Of a DNA stretch of 64,000 nucleotides, positions 27,092 through 38,330 are shown piece by piece. The stretch lies in contig JAHQJS010000006.1 in the NCBI GenBank assembly GCA_019057385.1, forward strand, positions 869,038 to 933,037, in the 5' to 3' direction. The notes beneath the pieces were generated by a model. The model was not told where the DNA came from and did no database searches. It was given only the letters and a program-made list of their open reading frames with translations. How positions within the stretch are numbered: position 1 is the stretch's first letter; each line of letters begins with the position of its first letter. A program made the translations under genes and the position numbers. This stretch comes from Candidatus Borrarchaeum weybense. Its GTDB lineage: Archaea > Asgardarchaeota > Sifarchaeia > Borrarchaeales > Borrarchaeaceae.

Positions 27092-30070
27092 ATGCAACTA
27101 GAAATATTAGCTGCAAATTTATTTTTGATTATTCTAGTGATCATTGCTGTTGTTGTGGGGCTGCTAGCGAAATTCGAAAGAAGACTAATAAAACTTGCCA
27201 TCCGCAACTTAGGACGCAGAAAAACTCGCAATATTCTCACAGTTCTAGGAGTGACCTTGTCTATTTCATTATATGTAGCTTTTAATATATCAGCTGATAA
27301 TGCTCTTCAAAGTTTCTTTAATGTTATAGAAATTTCAGGAGGAAAGGTTGATTTCGAAATCACAAGACTTGATGGTGAACCTTTTGATCAGGATATTCTT
27401 GAAGATATTTTACAGGTTGAAGGTGTACAATCAGCAGCTCCCCGAATGCAGCGTTACTGTATTATCTTTACAAAGCCTTATGGGAATTCCACAGCAGCAC
27501 AAGTCGTTGGAATCGATCCAAAATACGATAATGAGTTTGGTGACTTATGGGATTATCAAACTAACGACCCAGTCAATGACCTCCTTCAGAAAAAGGTGGC
27601 TATAGTAAGCGAATTGCTAATGGAAGGAATTGCTTATGAAGAAGAAGATGATGATGGTAATGTCAGATTAGTTAATGCTACGGTTGGTGATCGCCTTAAA
27701 GTCAAATATCGAACGAGCGGAAACAGAGTAAGAACCAAAATTTTTGATATTGTAGCCTTTGCAGAAGCTACAGGAAAAATTCGAGAGGTGGGCTATGGTG
27801 CGTCTGTGTTTATTCCATTGAGGGAAGCACAGTCATTATATAAAGCCGGAAGCAAGATCGATAAGATTATTGTTGAAATGGACAAGGCTTACGCAGATGT
27901 GTGGGAAGATGTGCAGAAAAGGCTTGAGGATGTTGTGAAGGATGAGGGGTTAACTGTTTATGCTCCAAAACAAAGCCAGTTGGAATCAGCCCGTAGTGGC
28001 GTCGAAGGTATGCGAAGTGGTCTATTCTTTGCTGGTATGACTAGCTTGCTTGCCATGATCTTTTTGATCTTTAACGCCATTAATATGACAATCGCGGAGC
28101 GTAAATATGAGATCGGGGTGCTCCGCTCCATAGGATTTAAGAAACATCATATATTTCGACTATTCTTTTACGAAGTATTTATTATAGGTATTATTGGTAG
28201 CGCAACTGGTGTATTTGCAGGTATCGGCTTATCACGTGTGTTGTATTTGTATATCAAACAACTTTTTTTCTTAGAAGCTGAAACGGTAGTAGGTGCGGAA
28301 TTCGAAGCGCTTCCCATTAACCCTGCACATCTCCAAAATGGGTTCATAATCGGAGTAATATTTACGGTAATAGGAGGTTTGTATCCCCTTCTATCAATAA
28401 CTGGTTTGAAGATTATTTACGCATTACGCGCAGAAGCAAGGATAACCGAGAAACATGAGCTGAAACGTCGAATTGCATGGATTGCTGGAGGTATTGGCCT
28501 TATCCTTGGAGGTATAGGTCTTTTCATTGCATTATTGATGTTCCCACAAATAAATGTCAGTTTAGGTGAGTATGTAGGCTCTATTCTCGACGGAACGGCT
28601 CTTTTAATGATAGGAATTGGTGTAACCTTATTTGCGGGCGCACTCAAACGAAAATATATGATTCTTTATGCAGGTGTTACCTTGCTTGCAGTAGGGATTT
28701 ACGATACTTTCTATGTTGGATCTTTCATTGGGAGTTTTGTACTCATGGGTGGTTCCATCATCTTTACAGCAGGCGTCCTTAAAGGTGTGGGAGATTTTTT
28801 CAATTTCATCCTCAGACGCATTCCAGGGTTAAGATATGTGAGCACTCTGGCAACAAAAAATATCGCAAGAAAACCAACTCGTAGCACGTTAACTTTTGGT
28901 ATTTTTACAATTGCCTTAGCAATGGTTATTATAATGTCCGCCATTACTAATTCGATTGGAGCTGGAATAATCAATTGGGTCGATTCAAACATCGAGGCTG
29001 ACATGTTTGTAACTTCAAACACAGGGGCTCCTCCCAATCTCAGTAGCAATATCACCCGAAATATTGAAGGTATTCACTGGGAAAACACAAGTGAAGGGTG
29101 GGTTCCGGGTTGTACTATCCAAGAATTCGCTGGTGCGGCGTTTGATCTCTGGGAAGATGATTTTCCCTCATTGTTGATTGGCGTTAATAGTTCAAACTAC
29201 GCCGTAGTTAATGAAAATACACAAATCGTTGCCCTAAATGATACTGATGTCTATACACTCTTTAAACAGCTTAAGAATCCGAATGCAAACAATTGTATTC
29301 TCAGTGACAAACTAGCTGATGAACTAAAGGTAAAATTAGGGCAGAAAACACCAATCACAATAAAGGCTCATTTTAACTCCACTGAATTTAAAGTCATAGG
29401 GATCATACATAATGATATGTTTGGATATCCAGGAGCAGGATATTTCGGTATGATTGATATAGACAAATTATATGATTTCGGCTTCGAGGATACGGCTCAT
29501 ATGTTTACAATAAGGTTGGATAACTACTATCCGAATGGCACAGAAGTCGATGCGCAGGTTGTGGCAGACCAAATCGATGCTGTATGGGGAGATGAATATA
29601 AATTAGATTTCTCAATTAAAGAAGATATTAAAGAAGATATTGACGAACAAGTGCAAGAGATAGGTACATTCTTTTCAGTTATTAGTTACGCTTCGATCAT
29701 CGTTGGATTACTTGCATTAGTAACCACAATGATAAAAATAGTCAGTGAGCGACGCCGAGAAATAGGATTACTTCGCACAATAGGCATAAAAAGGGCAAAA
29801 GTAATGCAACTCATTCTGTTTGAATCAATATTTTTGGGTATGATCGGGCTCATACTTGGAATCATAGACGGATATATTCTAGGATTATCTATAGTAACGT
29901 TTATTGGTGAAGCTGGTGGAACACCATTCCAATGGGAATTTGTGATGCCATGGGCAACTGTTGCTCAAACCACTATTGTTGCTGTAATAGTAGCAATTGT
30001 TGGCGCTATATTTCCAGCATGGCAAGCTGGTAGAATAGCACCTGCAGAGTCACTAAGATATACTGGTTAA
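27092..30070 (+). CDS. FtsX/MacB-like ABC permease
   Basis: Paralog of 12812; ends PAESLRYTG. Confidence 0.92.
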   Translation: MQLEILAANLFLIILVIIAVVVGLLAKFERRLIKLAIRNLGRRKTRNILTVLGVTLSISLYVAFNISADNALQSFFNVIEISGGKVDFEITRLDGEPFDQDILEDILQVEGVQSAAPRMQRYCIIFTKPYGNSTAAQVVGIDPKYDNEFGDLWDYQTNDPVNDLLQKKVAIVSELLMEGIAYEEEDDDGNVRLVNATVGDRLKVKYRTSGNRVRTKIFDIVAFAEATGKIREVGYGASVFIPLREAQSLYKAGSKIDKIIVEMDKAYADVWEDVQKRLEDVVKDEGLTVYAPKQSQLESARSGVEGMRSGLFFAGMTSLLAMIFLIFNAINMTIAERKYEIGVLRSIGFKKHHIFRLFFYEVFIIGIIGSATGVFAGIGLSRVLYLYIKQLFFLEAETVVGAEFEALPINPAHLQNGFIIGVIFTVIGGLYPLLSITGLKIIYALRAEARITEKHELKRRIAWIAGGIGLILGGIGLFIALLMFPQINVSLGEYVGSILDGTALLMIGIGVTLFAGALKRKYMILYAGVTLLAVGIYDTFYVGSFIGSFVLMGGSIIFTAGVLKGVGDFFNFILRRIPGLRYVSTLATKNIARKPTRSTLTFGIFTIALAMVIIMSAITNSIGAGIINWVDSNIEADMFVTSNTGAPPNLSSNITRNIEGIHWENTSEGWVPGCTIQEFAGAAFDLWEDDFPSLLIGVNSSNYAVVNENTQIVALNDTDVYTLFKQLKNPNANNCILSDKLADELKVKLGQKTPITIKAHFNSTEFKVIGIIHNDMFGYPGAGYFGMIDIDKLYDFGFEDTAHMFTIRLDNYYPNGTEVDAQVVADQIDAVWGDEYKLDFSIKEDIKEDIDEQVQEIGTFFSVISYASIIVGLLALVTTMIKIVSERRREIGLLRTIGIKRAKVMQLILFESIFLGMIGLILGIIDGYILGLSIVTFIGEAGGTPFQWEFVMPWATVAQTTIVAVIVAIVGAIFPAWQAGRIAPAESLRYTG

Positions 30071-30271
30071 TCCGTAGTTCTCCTCTCTTTCTTTTTAAAG
30101 ACTTTAAATGACAACACTCTGATATCTCAATTTTTGGGACAATAATTGAGTTTCCTCTATAGTAATGATTATATTGATGATCCATATTGAATTTTCGATG
30201 ATTAAAGGAAAGTTAACACTCGTAAACTTACAACTCCTGAACATAGATGCTTAATAGAGATATAAAATATT

Positions 30272-31075
30272 GTGTTGTGTCACGGGGGCGCAAATTTGAG
30301 TGAGAATAGTGAAATTGTTGTCGAAACAATTGATTTAAGGAAAGATTACTTTCTAGGTGGCGTAGTTGTATCTGCTTTGCGAGGGATTAATCTCCAAGTG
30401 AAAAAAGGCGAGTTTTTAGTCATTATGGGCCCCTCTGGAAGTGGTAAATCAACTCTCTTAAATCTACTTGGTGGATTGGATTACCCCACGTCAGGAAAAG
30501 TCCTCATCAACAATCAAGACATTTCAAAAATGTCTGATGCTAAATTAACAGAATTACGCGCACAAGAAATAGGGTTTGTTTTTCAGTTCTATAATTTAGT
30601 ACCAGTCTTAACTGCCTTGGAAAATGTGGAATTGCCATTAATGCTTATAGGTATGCCTCGTAAAGAACGCAGAAAACGTGCTATAGAACTTTTAGAGATT
30701 GTCGGACTTGGGGATCGAATTAATAATCGCCCTGATGAACTTAGCGGCGGACAAAGACAACGTGTATCAATAGCGCGTGCGCTCGCAAATAATCCCTCAA
30801 TAGTCTTAGCTGATGAACCTACGGGTGATGTGGATACAAAAACTGGGGACGAAATTTTAGGATTGATGCATGATTTGAATGAAAACAGAGGTGTGACATT
30901 CATTGTCATAACACATGATCCTGTTGTTGCTGAACATTGTGATAGACTCATTCGAATAATTGATGGACAGATTTCTACTGATAAAATGACTGCAAAGAAG
31001 GTATTGAAATTTACTGAAGAAGAATTTAAAGAAGCATGTGAAGAACGTTTTGGTTCTGTTAGCGATACTGAATAA
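30272..31075 (+). CDS. LolD/MacB-type ABC ATP-binding protein (start probably TTG 30296)
   Basis: Walker A/B and signature motifs. Confidence 0.93.
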   Translation: MLCHGGANLSENSEIVVETIDLRKDYFLGGVVVSALRGINLQVKKGEFLVIMGPSGSGKSTLLNLLGGLDYPTSGKVLINNQDISKMSDAKLTELRAQEIGFVFQFYNLVPVLTALENVELPLMLIGMPRKERRKRAIELLEIVGLGDRINNRPDELSGGQRQRVSIARALANNPSIVLADEPTGDVDTKTGDEILGLMHDLNENRGVTFIVITHDPVVAEHCDRLIRIIDGQISTDKMTAKKVLKFTEEEFKEACEERFGSVSDTE

Positions 31076-31097
31076 AAAATAGTTCTATGGTGATCTT

Positions 31098-34085
31098 ATG
31101 CAATTACAGACTATAAGCGGTAGTATTCTCCTAATAATTCTTATAATCGCTGTAATTGTAATCGTTATCTTGCTAAAAGATCAAGATCTCATTCGAATGG
31201 CGATTCGAAATCTAGGACGCAGAAAAACACGCAATTTCCTTACTGTTGTTGGAATAAGCTTATCAATTTCATTATATGTGGCTTTTGATGCAGCCGCAAC
31301 AAATGCAAGTCAAACCTTTTTAGATATTATCGAACTTACAGGTGGAAATATTGACTTTGAAATCTCCAGGATTGACGGTGAAGCATTCGATGAAGATATT
31401 CTTGACAAAGTTTTACAGGTAGAGGGAGTAAAATCTGCAGCTCCCCGTTTGCAACGTTTTTGCATTCTCTCTATTTCCGATGATGGAAATTCCACTGCAG
31501 CACAAGTGATTGGCATAGACCCAAGATATGATAATGAATTTGGCGACTTATTTGACTATAAGAGTGGTGAAACAATTAATGATCTTGTAGTTGGACAGAA
31601 TGTCATCGTAAGCGAATTGGTACTCGATGGAATTACTTATGAAGAAGAAGATGATGATGGTGAAATCAGTTTAGTCAATGCTACAGTTGGCGATAGACTA
31701 AAAATAAGGTATAGAAGTGGCGGAAGTTCAAGATCGAGAGTTTTTGATATCGCAGCATTTGCTGAATCCACTGGTAAGGTTCGTGATGAGTCTTTTGGAT
31801 TAAGTGTGTGGGTTACCATCGATGCAGCTCGAAAATTATTCCCTAAGACTGGCGGTAAGATCGATAGGCTTATTATTGAATTAGATCCCGCATTTTCTGA
31901 TCAATTCGAAGAGGTTCAAAAAGGAATTGAGGATGTTGTTAAGGCAGAGGATGATCAACTTGAAGTATTCTCACCAAAACAAACTCAACTTGAAAATGCG
32001 CAGGGTGCTCTTATTGGTCTAAATGCTGGAACCTCATTCGCGGGTATTACTGTTTTATTAGCAATGGTTTTCCTTATATTTAACGCTATCAATATCACCC
32101 TTGCAGAACGTAAATATGAAATCGGTGTGCTTCGATCAATTGGATTTAAAAAATTGAAACTATTTCGACTCTTTATTTATGAAATACTCGCAATCGGTAT
32201 AGCAGGAAGTTTGCTTGGCTTATTGCTTGGTATTGGTTTATCACAAGCATTATTTCAATTCTTAACAAACACCATTATCAGTGATGAATTAGCAGATCCA
32301 AATGCTCTTGGAGAGGCAGGGCAGTTTTTTATTGATCCTATTTCTCTTCGAGATGGTTTCATTATAGGTATTATCCTAACGATAATTGCGGGACTTTATC
32401 CTCTTATTAGTATTACAAGAATTGCCATTATAAATGCACTCAGGCCAGAATCCCGGGTAACAACGGAGCCCACATTAAGATCTCGTTTAAAATGCATTAT
32501 TGGAGGAACTATTCTTCTCGTTGTCGGTATAATTCTTTTCGTAACAGTGATGCTTATCCCAGAACTAGAAATGACGGGAATGCTCAGTGGTTTCATTAGT
32601 GCTATTGGTCTTGCAATGCTAGTTGTAGGTATTCCCCAAATTATATGTGGTATAAAGCAGAAATATCGTCTCTTGTCGGCGGGCGTATCTTTGTTGATGG
32701 CTGGTATCATTGAAATACAGCTTCTTCGCGCAACGGGTCTAGTTGGAAATTTTATTCTTGTAGCTGGCTCAATACTCTTCACCGCAGGAATATTGAGAGG
32801 TGTAGGAAGCCTTTTTAATTTCTTCTTTAGACGCATTCCTGGTTTAGAATACGTAAGCGAACTTGCAAGTCGAAACTTGTGGAGAAAACCTGCTCGTAGT
32901 ACATTAACTTTTGGTATTTTCACTATAGCTCTATCATTAGTCATAACAGTCGCTACAATTACAGGCTCGGTCACAGCGGGGATCCTTAATTTTGTAGATG
33001 ACAACCTAGAGGCTGACATGTTCATTATATCTCAAGTTGGAGCGCCTCCTAATCTCAGTGGCAATATCACGCGAAATATTCAAGGCATTAATTGGGAAAA
33101 TACCAGTGAGGGATGGCTTCCAGCCATTACAGTGCAACAACAGGCAGGTGCAAAATTCGAATTATGGGAAGAAGATTTTAATTCATTGCTCATTGGAGTA
33201 AACAGTACAAATTATGCAATAGTGAACGACAATACACGAATTATTGCACCAAACAATACAGATGCATTTAAACTCTTCAAACAACTCAAAAATCCAAACG
33301 AAAATGCATGCATAATAAGTGAAAAATTAGCAAATGAACTCAAAATTCGAATAGATCAGAAAACACCTGTCCAAATTAAAGCAGCAGGAAATAAAACTGA
33401 ATTTAAGGTTCGAGGGATAATATCGAATAACTTCATTGGCGCCCCACAAGCAGGATTCTTCTGTATTATTGATATTGACAGATTCTATGAATTTGGATTT
33501 GAAGAAAATGCAAATATATTTACTCTTAAACTAGATCAACGCTATGAAAATGGTACAGAAGTCGATCCGCAAGTTGTTGCTGATCAGATCGATTCAATTT
33601 GGGGAGATGAATATAAACTTTCGTTCAGCCTAAAACAAGATATCAAAGCAGATATTGAGGAAGGCACAGCTCAGATAAGTGTTTTCTTCAATATAATTAG
33701 TTATGCAAGCATAATCGTTGGATTGCTTGCGTTATTAACTACTCTAATTAAGATAGTTAGTGAGAGAAGACGAGAAATAGGATTACTTCGTACCATAGGC
33801 ATGAAAAGGGCAAAAGTAATTCAGCTTATCCTGGCTGAGTCCATATTTCTGGCTCTAATTGGTCTCATTCTTGGACTTATTGATGGGTACTTCTTAGGGG
33901 CAACGATCGTTCGATTGATCGCAGCATCTGGAGGAACAACATTTAGTGCAGTATTTATAGTACCATGGAGCGAAATCGTATTGACTACTGTTATTGCGAT
34001 CGTCGCAGCTATTGGTGCTGCGATATTTCCAGCCTGGCAAGCAGGAAAGGTTGCACCAGCGGAATCACTAAGATATACCGGCTGA
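31098..34085 (+). CDS. FtsX/MacB-like ABC permease
   Basis: Third paralog; ends PAESLRYTG. Confidence 0.92.
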   Translation: MQLQTISGSILLIILIIAVIVIVILLKDQDLIRMAIRNLGRRKTRNFLTVVGISLSISLYVAFDAAATNASQTFLDIIELTGGNIDFEISRIDGEAFDEDILDKVLQVEGVKSAAPRLQRFCILSISDDGNSTAAQVIGIDPRYDNEFGDLFDYKSGETINDLVVGQNVIVSELVLDGITYEEEDDDGEISLVNATVGDRLKIRYRSGGSSRSRVFDIAAFAESTGKVRDESFGLSVWVTIDAARKLFPKTGGKIDRLIIELDPAFSDQFEEVQKGIEDVVKAEDDQLEVFSPKQTQLENAQGALIGLNAGTSFAGITVLLAMVFLIFNAINITLAERKYEIGVLRSIGFKKLKLFRLFIYEILAIGIAGSLLGLLLGIGLSQALFQFLTNTIISDELADPNALGEAGQFFIDPISLRDGFIIGIILTIIAGLYPLISITRIAIINALRPESRVTTEPTLRSRLKCIIGGTILLVVGIILFVTVMLIPELEMTGMLSGFISAIGLAMLVVGIPQIICGIKQKYRLLSAGVSLLMAGIIEIQLLRATGLVGNFILVAGSILFTAGILRGVGSLFNFFFRRIPGLEYVSELASRNLWRKPARSTLTFGIFTIALSLVITVATITGSVTAGILNFVDDNLEADMFIISQVGAPPNLSGNITRNIQGINWENTSEGWLPAITVQQQAGAKFELWEEDFNSLLIGVNSTNYAIVNDNTRIIAPNNTDAFKLFKQLKNPNENACIISEKLANELKIRIDQKTPVQIKAAGNKTEFKVRGIISNNFIGAPQAGFFCIIDIDRFYEFGFEENANIFTLKLDQRYENGTEVDPQVVADQIDSIWGDEYKLSFSLKQDIKADIEEGTAQISVFFNIISYASIIVGLLALLTTLIKIVSERRREIGLLRTIGMKRAKVIQLILAESIFLALIGLILGLIDGYFLGATIVRLIAASGGTTFSAVFIVPWSEIVLTTVIAIVAAIGAAIFPAWQAGKVAPAESLRYTG

Positions 34086-34269
34086 AATCAGTCATCATTT
34101 CAATATTCCATTTTTTCTTTTGAATTAAAATAGAAGACTAAAAATAGAAAAGCATTCGATCTTTTATCATTTTCAATTCGAATCATTGCGCGCGCATTGA
34201 ACAACAATGCTTTTATCTAACCTCCGCAAGAAGACTCCATCTGATAGGGTGGAGCTGAACTGCAGTATA

Positions 34270-35478
34270 TTAATTGTTTTTAAACGTAAATATCAATCCT
34301 TTTCCATATTTCAACAACTCCACGTTTTTGATATTGGTGTTTACGACTTTTCCGTTTGAATCACTTAATCGTACCCATGTTCCATAATTAAATACTCCTT
34401 TGACTTTGTATCGTTTTCCATTATAGGTTACCAAATCGTGGGGTTGCAACTGGTACCTCTGTCTCCTAATTGACGGTTTGAATCCTCTTCTGTTCTTCTG
34501 TATAGAACGATTATTACGCCTGACTTGCATCACTTCATAAGGACGGCAGCGTTCTTGATTGGATCCACCTGCAATAACAAACGCATCGTTGATATGCGAT
34601 TTTTCCAGCCCTAACTTGTTCCGCTGGTATTTGGTGATATATCCGTAAGTATGTTCTGCACCTAACTGTTCTACTATCCTCCAGCGAATAGTATTCAGAC
34701 ATGCTGGTGCTTTAAGCGGTTGCGTTGCCTGTTGCTGGATGTGAGGATACCCAAACTCCTCGGCAGTCTTATTTCCTTTCTTAAGATTACATTTCCTGCA
34801 TGATAACGTCAAATTCGACACTCGGTCTGTCCCGCCTCGGCTTTTCGGGACGATATGCTCGACTTCTAAGGGCACGTTTGTTTTACCACAATAAGCACAT
34901 GTACGCCCCCACTTATCCAGTAGATATTCTCTGACTTCATAGCCTTGAAGTTCGCCCTGTTGATATTCTATTCCTGAAATTTCTGGATACTGCATTTTGT
35001 GTTCATCGAAATTTGCCACCTCTATCTTTTTGAAGGGTATCGGAAGTAACGTTTCAAGTTTATCAACTAATCGAATATGTGAATCTTGTTTGTGCTGAAT
35101 ACTGGGGGCTAACCATCCTTCAGGTCGCGTTCGGTTATTAAATCGAGGTGGTCTGTACCCTAGTCTACTTCTACGAGCTCTGCGGTGCCTCCTTTTTTCC
35201 TCTAGCTTTTTAGAGACATCATGTCGTAAGTTCAGCGTCCCACTAATGACTTCTAACGTTTCTGTCTTGGCACTAAACCCGATGTTCGTATATCCGATGT
35301 CCACTCCGAGTTTAATCGGTTGCCTAGATTCTCCAGTAGCATAGTTCAACTGCACAGTAAAAGGGCATCTCTGGACAACCTGTGCATTTCCTTCTTTTAA
35401 TAATTTCTTTCCTTTGCGTTGTGTGGTAGGCATGAGCGGTTGCCCCCTCATGTTTACTACATAGATAGGTACTCTCAA
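34270..35478 (-). CDS. iscB: RNA-guided endonuclease IscB
   Basis: PLMP domain, LGVDIG (RuvC-I), Arg-rich helix RRHRRARRSR, KIEVANFD (RuvC-II), HNH EHIVPKSRGG..NL..SCRKCN, SHINDA (RuvC-III). Confidence 0.96.
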   Translation of the reverse strand: MRVPIYVVNMRGQPLMPTTQRKGKKLLKEGNAQVVQRCPFTVQLNYATGESRQPIKLGVDIGYTNIGFSAKTETLEVISGTLNLRHDVSKKLEEKRRHRRARRSRLGYRPPRFNNRTRPEGWLAPSIQHKQDSHIRLVDKLETLLPIPFKKIEVANFDEHKMQYPEISGIEYQQGELQGYEVREYLLDKWGRTCAYCGKTNVPLEVEHIVPKSRGGTDRVSNLTLSCRKCNLKKGNKTAEEFGYPHIQQQATQPLKAPACLNTIRWRIVEQLGAEHTYGYITKYQRNKLGLEKSHINDAFVIAGGSNQERCRPYEVMQVRRNNRSIQKNRRGFKPSIRRQRYQLQPHDLVTYNGKRYKVKGVFNYGTWVRLSDSNGKVVNTNIKNVELLKYGKGLIFTFKNN

Positions 35479-35756
35479 GTCCTATCGCCTCCTTTAACTG
35501 GCATTACAGGAGGTCGGTTCTCTTCGCCAAGGTTATCAGTCAGTACTCTATGGTGATCACTGAGAGTTTCCTCTCTGTTTAAACCACCATTTACAGAGCA
35601 AGGGACTAGAGAAGCATCCTTTGGTGTGTTCTTTAACTCTCCTGATAACGTAGATACCGTCATGTGTGTTTCACCATGACCTCTCTTAGGCTAATCAACT
35701 AATTACTCTTACTCCTCACGGAACAAGCCCCGTGCCTTTAGGGAGGGGTAGTTGAC
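35479..35756 (-). ncRNA. IscB omegaRNA (HEARO) scaffold; guide from the flank beyond 35756
   Basis: Structured non-coding leader of iscB with typical blocks (GTTGATTAG, CTACGTT, GGATGCTTCTCTAGTCC..GCTCTG, CAGTG, CCTTGGCGAAGAGAA). Confidence 0.9.
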
Positions 35757-36163
35757 TCCAACTTATGCGCAAGGAAAGGCAATCGTTTTTATTAAACTTG
35801 TACTGAATGAGTACACGAATTTATTACAAAATGTTCGTACGAAGTGTAGAACAATTCCCCTTATTCGCACAGACAGAAACCATCGCCGATTACCTTTTTA
35901 TCTTATTGAGTAACTTGACCAATATTGGTGACCATAAATGGATAGCAGCTCTTAGTTATTTAAGCATGGGGAGACCTTTGTATAAGTAACAAACTATATC
36001 GTAAATCAACCTCCATCGAGTTGGAAGGTCTTCTTACGAATGTGTTATAAATACCCTCCCTCTATTACGTGTACGAGTGATCAATTATATTATTAAACAT
36101 CAATATTTGATACCTATGTTACTGGTATTCGGTATTATACGATAACACAAATAGATTAACTGT

Positions 36164-36901
36164 ATGAAGGTAGAACTGATGAGATTACTCATTTCGGTTA
36201 TTAACAGAGAAGAAGCAATCAACGCAATAAACGGTGGTACTGAAATACTTGACATTAAAAACCCTAAAGAAGGGTCACTCGGGGCGAATTTTCCCTGGAT
36301 AATTAAGAGTATATCTGAAGAAGCCCATGAAATTGCAAAAGATGTAGAAATCAGTGCAACGATTGGAGATGCACCCTATAAACCCGGAACAATGGCTCTT
36401 GCTGCGCTTGGTTGCACAGTTTCAAACGTGGATTATGTAAAAGTAGGGCTTTTTGAAACAACTACTGAATCACAAGCTGTGGAAGTCATGAAGGCAGTGT
36501 CAAAGGCAGTAAAAGACTATAATTCAGATGTTAAAGTTGTGTGCGCAGGTTATTCCGATTCATATCGAATCAAATCAGTTCCTCCTTCTGCAATTCCAAA
36601 CATTGCAATAGACTCAGAAGCCGACATTGCAATGTTAGATACTGGAGTGAAAGACGGTAAATCCTTACTGAATTTTATGTCGTTGGATCAACTTGCCGAT
36701 TTCACCGATCAATGCCATGAACATGGGCTTCTATCAGCGCTTGCCGGATCATTAAAGGAAGAACATATTCTAAAACTAATCCCATTAAAGCCGGATGTTA
36801 TAGGAGTTCGTTCGGTTGTTTGTACATCTTTTGATCGTTTGAATGGGCATTTAGATTCTAAGAAGGTTGAAAAGTTAATTAATTTGATTAAAAACAAATA
36901 A
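36164..36901 (+). CDS. mfnB: (5-formylfuran-3-yl)methyl phosphate synthase
   Basis: LLISV, DIKNPKEGSLGANFPW, SATIGD, DYVKVG, MLDT.VKDG, ALAGSL, IGVR. Confidence 0.92.
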   Translation: MKVELMRLLISVINREEAINAINGGTEILDIKNPKEGSLGANFPWIIKSISEEAHEIAKDVEISATIGDAPYKPGTMALAALGCTVSNVDYVKVGLFETTTESQAVEVMKAVSKAVKDYNSDVKVVCAGYSDSYRIKSVPPSAIPNIAIDSEADIAMLDTGVKDGKSLLNFMSLDQLADFTDQCHEHGLLSALAGSLKEEHILKLIPLKPDVIGVRSVVCTSFDRLNGHLDSKKVEKLINLIKNK

Positions 36902-37278
36902 TTATTTTCTTTCAATTGAAGTACATCAAGTAAGACAATTAAATGAACCTTCTATTAGAATTGCGAAATTCTCATTCACAACTCCATGTCGAGTGCATTT
37001 ACCACCATCACGCGTTATGCTTTCGAAGACTTTGCGAGCATCTCAAAAAAGGTATCATTGATGTATATCGATTTATATATAATTTTTGTCGGTGTTTTTA
37101 GATACTGTATTACGCTAAATTAATAGTTAACTGATAGTGAATTGCGTTAAACGCATATTTCATATAACTCATTTCATTTTGAAATTGAAAAAAAACTAAT
37201 ATTTCGGCATTAGACCTTACTTATTCCACATTTTGCCCAAAATTCTCTAATAGATTATGTGTTAGTATGACGGGAATA

Positions 37279-38082
37279 TCACTGTATTCGTTCTAATGCC
37301 TTTATAGCTGCTTCACGCAAGAATTTATCCGTTGATTGTGCGGCTTCCATAAGTAATGGACTAGCTAGTGGGTCACCGATATATCCAAGTGCTTCAGCAG
37401 CATATGCTCTTAAAAACTTCTTTTGTAGTAAACGTCCTCCTTCTAGAATAACCATTGCTAGATCGAATCCACTCTTATCGCCTAGTCGACCCAGAGAACC
37501 CGCAGCACTCAATTGTAGTCGCTTATTTTTATGTTTCAACAAACCTTTTAGAGAATCAATTGCGTCCTGACTAGCTATTCCAAGTTCACCAATTGCTTCA
37601 CAACTCCATTGACGCACTGATGGATCTTCATCAGAAAGCAACTCTATAAGTGGCGATAAAGCCCTCTCGTTTTCTAAACGCCCTAGTGCACGTGCAGAAT
37701 ATTGGCGCACACCACTATCTTCATCTTTTAACGCATTTATAAGAGATTCTAATGCCCTTTCATCCCTGAATTCACCAAGACTGTTTGCTGCTTCTCGCCT
37801 CACCATTTTATCTTTATCTGCTAATGCAATAATTAGCGGTTCTACAGCTATAGGGTCTCCTATACTTCCTAATGCCAGTGCAGCGTTTGTTCGAACTTTT
37901 CTATTCTTATCTGATAAGTATAAAATTAACTCTTGAATTCTATCAGGATCTTGTTGGATCAAATTGTTAAGTTTTTTATAATTAACAGAGGTCAAGTCTT
38001 TTAATAAATCCCTAATTTCGTCGTCTTTTACTATACCAACGAGTTTTCCAAGATCTTTGAACTTATCGAGCATTTCTTTCAC
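37279..38082 (-). CDS. HEAT/PBS-lyase repeat protein
   Basis: Repeats of VR..AA.ALG.IGD..A.E.LI.AL.D. Confidence 0.9.
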   Translation of the reverse strand: MKEMLDKFKDLGKLVGIVKDDEIRDLLKDLTSVNYKKLNNLIQQDPDRIQELILYLSDKNRKVRTNAALALGSIGDPIAVEPLIIALADKDKMVRREAANSLGEFRDERALESLINALKDEDSGVRQYSARALGRLENERALSPLIELLSDEDPSVRQWSCEAIGELGIASQDAIDSLKGLLKHKNKRLQLSAAGSLGRLGDKSGFDLAMVILEGGRLLQKKFLRAYAAEALGYIGDPLASPLLMEAAQSTDKFLREAAIKALERIQ

Positions 38083-38330
38083 CTATCAATAGAAGGGCTG
38101 TTATTTGCAAGTATGGTTAAGTTGATCTATTTAATTTTATCTGTTTTGTAGAATATGCGATCTAAGTATTTTCGCGACAATTATTGTTGAAAATTATGCG
38201 GACACATTGGATAGTATTTCTCTAAAAAAAAGCTATTTAAAGTTAGTAGGATTATATAGTCGAAAACTTGAAAAACAAAGTAGAAAAATACGTAATCATT
38301 CTAAAAGTGACAATATAGACCGCCAACCAT

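Larger units (their letters stand above)
34217..35756 (-). mobile_element. IscB-encoding IS200/IS605-superfamily element
   Basis: Minus strand begins GTCAACTACCCC-hairpin-GGGGCTTG at 35756; ends with hairpin CTCCAcc/gaTGGAG, then TCTTCTTGCGGAGGTTAG|ATAA (this boundary is approximate). Confidence 0.85.

Noticed and set aside
35475-35663. 62-aa ORF upstream of iscB
   Set aside because: It coincides with the omegaRNA scaffold.
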